A program made the position numbers and the translations under genes. This document shows positions 52,234 through 64,000 of a DNA stretch of 64,000 nucleotides, piece after piece (the stretch's first letter is position 1; the number at the start of each line of letters is the position of its first letter). The notes beneath the pieces were generated by a model. It did not search any database and was not told where the DNA came from. It worked only from the letters and a program-made list of their open reading frames with translations. Location of the stretch: sequence record PQ471516.1; one strand, given 5' to 3'.

Positions 52234-54552
52234 ATGATCAACGTAACCAAGCGTAATGGAACAAAAGAACCATTAGATTTGGATAAAATCCATCAGATTT
52301 TATTTTTTGCCGCTGAAGGTCTTAGCGGTATTTCTGTATCAGAAATTGAAATTCGTGCACAGCTTCAATTCTACGAAGGAATCGAAACTAAAGAAATCCA
52401 TGACATTTTGATTAAATCAGCTTCTGAGCTAATTACTGAGGAAACTCCAAACTACCAATATGTTGCTGGTCGCCTGTTGAACTATAGCATCCGTAAGCAA
52501 GTGTATGGTGATTACGAGCCAATCAAATATTCAGCACATGTTCAGGAAATGGTTGACATTGAAATCTATGATGCTGAGATTCTAGAAAAGTATACTCTTC
52601 AAGAAATTGAAGAACTTGGTAAGTACATCAAACATAAGCGTGATGATAAATTCACTTATGTTGCAATGCGTCAATGGGAAGGGAAATACCTTTACAAAAA
52701 CCGTGTAACCAAGAAAATCTACGAAACTCCACAGATGGCATATATGACTATTGCGGCAATCATCTTTATGGAGTATGATCGTTCAATTCGTATGTCTTAT
52801 GTTAAGAAGTTCTATGATGCAGTAAGTAACTTTGACCTAAGCCTACCAACTCCAATCATGGCAGGACTACGCACAAATACGCGTCAGTTTAGCTCATGTG
52901 TAGTACTGAACGTTGGTGATAGCCTAGACAGCATTGGTTCATCTAACCATGCCATTCTTCGTTATATCTCCCGTAAAGCAGGTCTAGGTGTCAACATGGG
53001 TCGTATCCGTGCTCTTGACTCTGAGATCCGTGGTGGTGACGCAGTGCATACTGGTTTGATTCCATTCATTGCTGGTGTTGCTAAAACAGTTAAAAGCTGT
53101 TCACAAGGTGGCGTTCGTGGTGGTGCAGCAACTGTACACTTCCCGTTATGGCATCTTGAATTTGATAGCCTAATTGTACTGAAGAACAACAAAGGTACTG
53201 AGTTCAACCGTGTGCGTCAATTGGACTATTGTTTCCAAGTGAACAAAACACTATATCAACGTTTAGTTGATGGCAAGAACATCACCTTCTTTAGTCCTAA
53301 TGAAGTTCCAGGGCTATACGAAGCCTTCTGTTCTAACCAAAAAGAATTCGAACGTCTATACAAAAAATACGAAGCTGATCCGTCAATTCGTAAAATTAGT
53401 AAACCAGCAGTTGAAGTGTTCTCTACGCTAATGACTGAACGTTCTGAAACTGGCCGCATTTATATTCAAAACATCGATCATGCAAACACTCACTCAACTT
53501 TCGATGAGAGTATTGCACCAATCGAACAATCAAACCTTTGCCAAGAAATCGCATTGCCATCTGTGCCATTCGATGACATTAACACTGGTGACGGCCTGAT
53601 TAGCCTATGTACACTAAGTGCAATTAACTGGGGTAACTTTGATAAACCTGAAGATATGGAAACTGCATGTGATCTATCCATCCGTGCTCTTGACTCCTTG
53701 TTGGATTACCAAGACTATCCAGTAGTACATGCTGACCGTGCTACCAATCTATATCGCCCACTAGGTGTAGGTATAATTAACTTTGCATACTTCCTAGCTA
53801 AACGTGGATTGAAGTACAATGAGCAAGCACTTGAAACTGTAAACACTTGGGCTGAAGCATGGTCTTACTACTTGCTTAAATCCTCTGTGCAGTTAGCAAA
53901 AGAAAAAGGTCGTTGTGAAGGGTTTGAGAACCTAAAATATGCTAAAGGTATTCTACCAATAGATACATATAAATCAGATATTGATGAACTAGTCAGTACT
54001 GAACTAAAACAAGATTGGGAATCTCTACGTGCTGATATCAAAACCTACGGTATTCGTAACGCTACAACTATGGCACTAATGCCAGCAGAAACCAGTGCAC
54101 AGATTAGTAACAGTACTAACGGTATTGAGAAACCTCGTTCACTAGTATCTACTAAACTATCTAAAGATGGTATTTTGCGTCAAGTAGTTCCTGAGATTCA
54201 TAAGTTGAAAAACAAATATGATTTACTATGGGATCAAAAAGATAACATTGGTTATCTACAAATTTGTGGCGTACTACAAAAATACATTGACCAAAGTATT
54301 AGTGTGAATACCAGCTACAACCCAGCACATAGCCCTGATGGTAAAATCTCTATGACTACACTTCTAACCGAACTCATGTATGCATACAAAGTTGGTTTGA
54401 AAAACTTGTATTATCACAATACAAATGATGGTTCTGATGAAATTGATGTTGATAAAGCACTAAAAGATGCATCAACTAAAGAGAACAACGGCCTAGTACT
54501 CCCTGACCTATCGGGTGAAGACCTAGATGAGTGTGATAGCTGTAAGATCTAA
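52234..54552 (+). CDS. nrdA: Ribonucleotide reductase class Ia alpha subunit
   Basis: ATP cone VTKRNG, SLPTPIMAG, SSCV, QSNLCQEI, MPAETSA, C-terminal CDSCKI. Confidence 0.97.
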   Translation: MINVTKRNGTKEPLDLDKIHQILFFAAEGLSGISVSEIEIRAQLQFYEGIETKEIHDILIKSASELITEETPNYQYVAGRLLNYSIRKQVYGDYEPIKYSAHVQEMVDIEIYDAEILEKYTLQEIEELGKYIKHKRDDKFTYVAMRQWEGKYLYKNRVTKKIYETPQMAYMTIAAIIFMEYDRSIRMSYVKKFYDAVSNFDLSLPTPIMAGLRTNTRQFSSCVVLNVGDSLDSIGSSNHAILRYISRKAGLGVNMGRIRALDSEIRGGDAVHTGLIPFIAGVAKTVKSCSQGGVRGGAATVHFPLWHLEFDSLIVLKNNKGTEFNRVRQLDYCFQVNKTLYQRLVDGKNITFFSPNEVPGLYEAFCSNQKEFERLYKKYEADPSIRKISKPAVEVFSTLMTERSETGRIYIQNIDHANTHSTFDESIAPIEQSNLCQEIALPSVPFDDINTGDGLISLCTLSAINWGNFDKPEDMETACDLSIRALDSLLDYQDYPVVHADRATNLYRPLGVGIINFAYFLAKRGLKYNEQALETVNTWAEAWSYYLLKSSVQLAKEKGRCEGFENLKYAKGILPIDTYKSDIDELVSTELKQDWESLRADIKTYGIRNATTMALMPAETSAQISNSTNGIEKPRSLVSTKLSKDGILRQVVPEIHKLKNKYDLLWDQKDNIGYLQICGVLQKYIDQSISVNTSYNPAHSPDGKISMTTLLTELMYAYKVGLKNLYYHNTNDGSDEIDVDKALKDASTKENNGLVLPDLSGEDLDECDSCKI

Positions 54553-54646
54553 TAATTATAATTAATCCCACTTCGGTGAGATTTTTATCATAGAGATGAT
54601 ATAATAAATTTTGTAATAAATGATTAAACATACATAAGGAAATGTA

Positions 54647-55771
54647 ATGTCCGTATTTAAAATTAACGAAAAATCGCATCTAGAAAAAAATATGTTCTTT
54701 GATGAAAGTGTTGACATTCAACGCTTTGAGAGTGTAAAGTACTCTGCACTTGAAAAACTCACTGAGCAACAGAAAAGCTTTTTCTGGACTCCAGGTGAAG
54801 TAGACGTTTCGAAAGATAAGATTGACTTTGCATCTCTTTCTGTAGCTGAGAAGCATATCTTTACATCTAACCTAAAACGTCAAATCCTGCTAGATTCAGT
54901 ACAAGGACGTGGCCCGAATCTAATGCTACTTCCATATGCATCACTACCTGAACTAGAAAACTTTATTGAGACTTGGGCTTTCTTTGAAGGTGCAATTCAC
55001 AGTAAATCATATACACATATTATTCGTAACATCTATCCTAATCCTTCAGAAGTATTTGATACTATGTTGGACATTCCAGAGATTACTTCATGTGCTGCTG
55101 ATGTATCTAAGTACTATGATTCTCTAGATGAACTAGGAACTCTATACAAAATGTTAGGTGAAGGTACACATACTATCAATGGTAAAGAAGTTATTGTTGA
55201 TATGTACGAACTTAAAAAGCGTATGTGGTTGTGCCTGAACAGTATCAACATCCTTGAAGGTGTACGATTCTATGCGAGCTTTGCATGTTCATGGGCGTTT
55301 GCTGAAAATAAACTAATGGAAGGTAATGCTAAAATCATCCGTCTAATCTGTCGTGATGAGAACCTTCACTTAGCAGCAACACAAATGATCTTGCGTTTAC
55401 TCAAGAAAGAAGATCCAGATTTCGCTAAACTTGCAGAAGAATGTGCAGATGAAGTTCAAGACATGTTCATGCAAGCAATCAAACAAGAAGAAGAGTGGGC
55501 TGACTTCCTATTCAAAGATGGTTCCATTATCGGTTTGAATGCTGAAATCCTTAAGCAGTATGTACGTTATATCGGTGCTAAACGTATGAATGCATTAGGT
55601 ATTAAACCTCCATTCACTGTATCTAAACATAACCCTATCCCTTGGACTGAACACTGGGTTAGTGGTGGTTCTGTACAGGTAGCTCCACAAGAAACTGAAA
55701 TCAGTTCTTACATCATCGGTGGTATTGTAAATGATGTAACTGAGGGTGCATTTGCACCATTCAAACTATAA
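54647..55771 (+). CDS. nrdB: Ribonucleotide reductase class Ia beta subunit
   Basis: LDSVQGR, EGAIHSKSY, ILEGVRFY.SF, RDENLH, APQETEI.SY; promoter TGAGATT-N16-TATAAT 54577-54605. Confidence 0.97.
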   Translation: MSVFKINEKSHLEKNMFFDESVDIQRFESVKYSALEKLTEQQKSFFWTPGEVDVSKDKIDFASLSVAEKHIFTSNLKRQILLDSVQGRGPNLMLLPYASLPELENFIETWAFFEGAIHSKSYTHIIRNIYPNPSEVFDTMLDIPEITSCAADVSKYYDSLDELGTLYKMLGEGTHTINGKEVIVDMYELKKRMWLCLNSINILEGVRFYASFACSWAFAENKLMEGNAKIIRLICRDENLHLAATQMILRLLKKEDPDFAKLAEECADEVQDMFMQAIKQEEEWADFLFKDGSIIGLNAEILKQYVRYIGAKRMNALGIKPPFTVSKHNPIPWTEHWVSGGSVQVAPQETEISSYIIGGIVNDVTEGAFAPFKL

Positions 55772-55779
55772 GATTAAAC

Positions 55780-55803
55780 GAGGGATTCACATGAATCCCT
55801 TTA
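55780..55803 (+). terminator. Intrinsic terminator
   Basis: agggattca-ca-tgaatccct-ttt. Confidence 0.65.
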
Positions 55804-55818
55804 CTATGGATTAAGAAT

Positions 55819-56004
55819 ATGAAAGATATTTTCACGATAGATCCTGGCGTTGTCTATGACTTCTATCTCGTTGGTGGACTTAAGGTTTCTGGTCCAGTTA
55901 TCCAAGCTGCCCCAAATGGTCTAGTACTGATTGACGGCACACACATTGTCCAAGAGCACATCATTATGTTTAAACCGCAATATGATGAAAATTCTGGACA
56001 ATAA
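55819..56004 (+). CDS. Small hypothetical protein (Sm/Hfq-like size)
   Basis: 61 aa, V...L..G.K.SG.V......L.L beta pattern; family is a guess. Confidence 0.5.
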   Translation: MKDIFTIDPGVVYDFYLVGGLKVSGPVIQAAPNGLVLIDGTHIVQEHIIMFKPQYDENSGQ

Positions 56005-56033
56005 CAAGCACTGTGATATAATTATTTTTGTAA

Positions 56034-56285
<252 letters not shown>

Positions 56286-56291
56286 GAGGAT

Positions 56292-57421
<1,130 letters not shown>

Positions 57422-57422
57422 T

Positions 57423-57455
57423 AAAAAAAGGGAGCAACATAAGTTTGCTCCCTTT
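57423..57455. terminator. Bidirectional terminator
   Basis: A7-gggagcaa...ttgctccc-ttt between convergent genes. Confidence 0.8.
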
Positions 57456-57460
57456 ATAGT

Positions 57461-58132
<672 letters not shown>

Positions 58133-58139
58133 TTATTAA

Positions 58140-58811
<672 letters not shown>

Positions 58812-58813
58812 TT

Positions 58814-58864
<51 letters not shown>

Positions 58865-58952
58865 TTGTTAATCTCCAATCTTATTGTTATTTTTATAAAG
58901 TATTTACCTAAATTTATTAAATTTTGATAGTTAATAGGAGGCGAAGTATTAT

Positions 58953-60271
<1,319 letters not shown>

Positions 60272-60293
60272 CACATAATCAGTTGAGGGAACA

Positions 60294-61634
60294 ATGACTA
60301 AACTTAAGCTTACGGATAAGCAACAATCAATTTTTGATCACTTTATAGATCGTGTACACAACTTCCCAGGAAAAACCGAAGCAGTACTAGCTGCTCCAGC
60401 GGGAACAGGTAAAACGTTCACGACTGCGGAGATTGTTAAGGCTTTATGTAAGAATTACAATATCGCTGTAACATCTCCAACACATAAAGCCAACTCTGTA
60501 ATTAGAGAAATGCTAATTAACAATGCTGGCCTAACCAAAGAAGATGCACAGGTCAGTACTATTCACTCTTTTCTAGGATTGAAACTAGTCTATGAAAAGA
60601 ACCGTCAAGTACTGAAACATGACCCACAAAGTAAAGTAAGTAATACTAACGTTGATATTCTAATTGTTGACGAATGTAGTATGATTTCTGAAGAACTATT
60701 TCAGCATATCAAAGATCAGTTGTGGCGTGTTCGTAGGGCTGTTTTGTTCATTGGGGATAGATGCCAGTTGCCACCAGTTGAAGCTGAGGGTACGCTAGGA
60801 GAAACAAAACTATCACCATCCTTTGATGTTAGTACACAATACGAATTGACAGAAGTTCTTCGTCAAGCATTGGATAACCCGATTCTTGCAATTGCTACTT
60901 CTATTCGTGAATGCATCGGAACTTCTAAGAACCCGTTTGATATTATGCATCAAACCTACGGTCTTAGTACTATCACTCCAATTGAAGATGAAGACTTATT
61001 TCTTGAAGTCTATCGTGAATTCATTATGGAGAACAAAGGTTCTGCGAAGAAAATCTTTGAGTTCGTGAATGATAACAAGATCTTGGCTTACACTAACTAC
61101 CGAGTAAACCTTGCTAACATCTTCATTCGCAGCCAACTATTTGAAGTACCAGAAGAATTCACCAAAGGTGAACCGATTGTATTTGAGAGTATTACAGAGA
61201 ACAGTCCATACGTTGTCCAGCAGATCATTCAATGTCCTGAAGTGAAGCCTGAGAGTTTTATGGGTATTGAATGCTGGCAATTCAGACTACCTAATGGTAG
61301 TTACATTTTGGGTGTTGGACCAGAGACACGTATTGCAATGGAAGCAAAACTTGATGAGTTAGTGAAAAACATCGAGAAGAAAGAAAAAAATCCATTGACG
61401 CAGAAACCATACATGTGGCAAGATTACTATGTAATTAAAAACAAATTACATATTATCAACTATCCATATGCAACAACTGTTCATAAGTCTCAAGGAAGTA
61501 CGTTTGATAACATTTGGTTTGACCCTGACTTCATTGAACGTATTGGAAATAATGACACTAAGTGTCGTATCCTTTACACTGCAATGACCAGACCACGTTA
61601 CAACGTTATGCTAAGACAAAACGCTAGATTCTAA
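60294..61634 (+). CDS. dda: Dda/RecD-like SF1B helicase
   Basis: APAGTGKT, PTHKA, TIHSFL, VDECSM, GD..QLPPV, YATTVHKSQGSTF. Confidence 0.92.
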   Translation: MTKLKLTDKQQSIFDHFIDRVHNFPGKTEAVLAAPAGTGKTFTTAEIVKALCKNYNIAVTSPTHKANSVIREMLINNAGLTKEDAQVSTIHSFLGLKLVYEKNRQVLKHDPQSKVSNTNVDILIVDECSMISEELFQHIKDQLWRVRRAVLFIGDRCQLPPVEAEGTLGETKLSPSFDVSTQYELTEVLRQALDNPILAIATSIRECIGTSKNPFDIMHQTYGLSTITPIEDEDLFLEVYREFIMENKGSAKKIFEFVNDNKILAYTNYRVNLANIFIRSQLFEVPEEFTKGEPIVFESITENSPYVVQQIIQCPEVKPESFMGIECWQFRLPNGSYILGVGPETRIAMEAKLDELVKNIEKKEKNPLTQKPYMWQDYYVIKNKLHIINYPYATTVHKSQGSTFDNIWFDPDFIERIGNNDTKCRILYTAMTRPRYNVMLRQNARF

Positions 61635-61715
61635 TCACACAATTTATATACACAAATAAATTTGATTTTTAATAATAAATAATCAAAAGTGTTTTGTATT
61701 ATGGAGAAATATACA

Positions 61716-62282
61716 ATGAACAATTTACTACACATGTTCCAGATTGACGTAGCAGGTACGAACCTAGACAACATCCCTTACTACAAGTATGAGGACTATG
61801 ATTCATCTTCCCCTACTACTGCACCAACTGACCAACAAACTATTGATAAGTCCGTTGCACTACTACGTTACTTACAAGTAACACGTTTGCTATCTACTTA
61901 TTCTGTGCCAGTTTACTACACAATTGAGTTTGCAACCCCAGGAACTGCAAAGACAATTCCTACTGGTGCAACACTTAAAGTTGGTTACATTAGCTATGAG
62001 CCATTCCTAAGCACTCTAAGTGAAGAAGAATTAGACGCTCTAAGCACCGAAGATCTTAAAACTGCAAAAGCAGCAGAGATCATCAAAGACCTAATCAACA
62101 ATTCACTAAAAGGTGACGGTACTAATTCAATTGAGAATGAAGAAATCACTGTACAGAAAACTGTTCAACGTGTTAATAACGCATTGGATCGTACCAATGT
62201 TGACTTCGTTGAACTACAGAACGTGTATCTAAACGTTCCTTCTGTTACTGATGCAAGTACTGTAGCTTACATCAAACTATAA
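61716..62282 (+). CDS. Hypothetical late (probably structural) protein
   Basis: Late-type ataaata 61675-61682; GGAG RBS; strong codon bias. Confidence 0.6.
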   Translation: MNNLLHMFQIDVAGTNLDNIPYYKYEDYDSSSPTTAPTDQQTIDKSVALLRYLQVTRLLSTYSVPVYYTIEFATPGTAKTIPTGATLKVGYISYEPFLSTLSEEELDALSTEDLKTAKAAEIIKDLINNSLKGDGTNSIENEEITVQKTVQRVNNALDRTNVDFVELQNVYLNVPSVTDASTVAYIKL

Positions 62283-62305
62283 TTTTTTTACATGGAGTTC
62301 TTGAC

Positions 62306-62500
62306 ATGACTGACAAAACCTTTTATGATCGTATTATTGAAGACAAGGGTGTGTTTGATAAAGTAATCTATGATTTAGAACTAATGATCAAAGATTCCCC
62401 TAACCCACGAATGCGTACACAGGCTGAGTTTGCAAAAACTTACTTGGTTCAAGTTCAAGCAATTTGTGAAGCGATTAAAAAACATAACGATGGTGCTTGA
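62306..62500 (+). CDS. Small hypothetical protein
   Basis: GGAG RBS. Confidence 0.6.
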   Translation: MTDKTFYDRIIEDKGVFDKVIYDLELMIKDSPNPRMRTQAEFAKTYLVQVQAICEAIKKHNDGA

Positions 62501-62525
62501 CATTACCACCATCAAAATATATAAT
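62489..62525 (+). promoter_or_regulatory. Consensus sigma70 promoter TTGACA-N17-TATAAT, with the -35 inside an inverted repeat
   Basis: TTGACA 62497-62502, TATAAT 62520-62525; gatggtg 62489-62495 / caccatc 62507-62513. Confidence 0.8.
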
Positions 62526-62569
62526 TATTACCGTAACGAACATTATAAAACATTGGAGCTTTTTATTAC

Positions 62570-63629
<1,060 letters not shown>

Positions 63630-63642
63630 AAAATAATTTACT

Positions 63643-64000
<358 letters not shown>

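Noticed and set aside
52234-55771. Introns or inteins in nrdA/nrdB (common in T4-like phages)
   Set aside because: Both ORFs are continuous and of normal length.

Overview
A 64-kb, AT-rich (about 35% GC by eye) slice of a T4-related jumbo myovirus genome. Gene content and divergence suggest the GAP32/CBB/PBECO4/RaK2-like enterobacterial jumbo phages (inference, no search run). It holds baseplate genes, the late sigma factor gp55, gp47/gp46, and a head module (portal, core, protease, scaffold, major capsid). It also holds a free-standing homing endonuclease, a tail fibre, DNA polymerase gp43, clamp, RNase H, terminase, gp32-UvsX-UvsY-UvsW, primase/helicase, NrdAB, DHFR, Dda, and host-like IF3, ClpS, GroES and YggL homologues. 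No tRNA, rRNA or CRISPR array was seen. The strongest candidates for something new are: (1) a promoter-to-terminator, ORF-free, hairpin-rich RNA of about 450 nt at 6047-6500; (2) a 212-aa minimal DnaE (family C polymerase) with intact catalytic aspartates ending an uncharacterised operon beside primase/helicase; (3) a terminase gene broken by one extra C in its Walker A motif, directly preceded by a degenerate paralogue of its own ATPase domain; (4) marked enrichment of the palindrome AGTACT; (5) a 14-copy promoter class TGRRACA-N16-TATAAT; (6) a synonymously recoded 3' end of the capsid gene next to the homing endonuclease. All product calls rest on motif recognition by eye.
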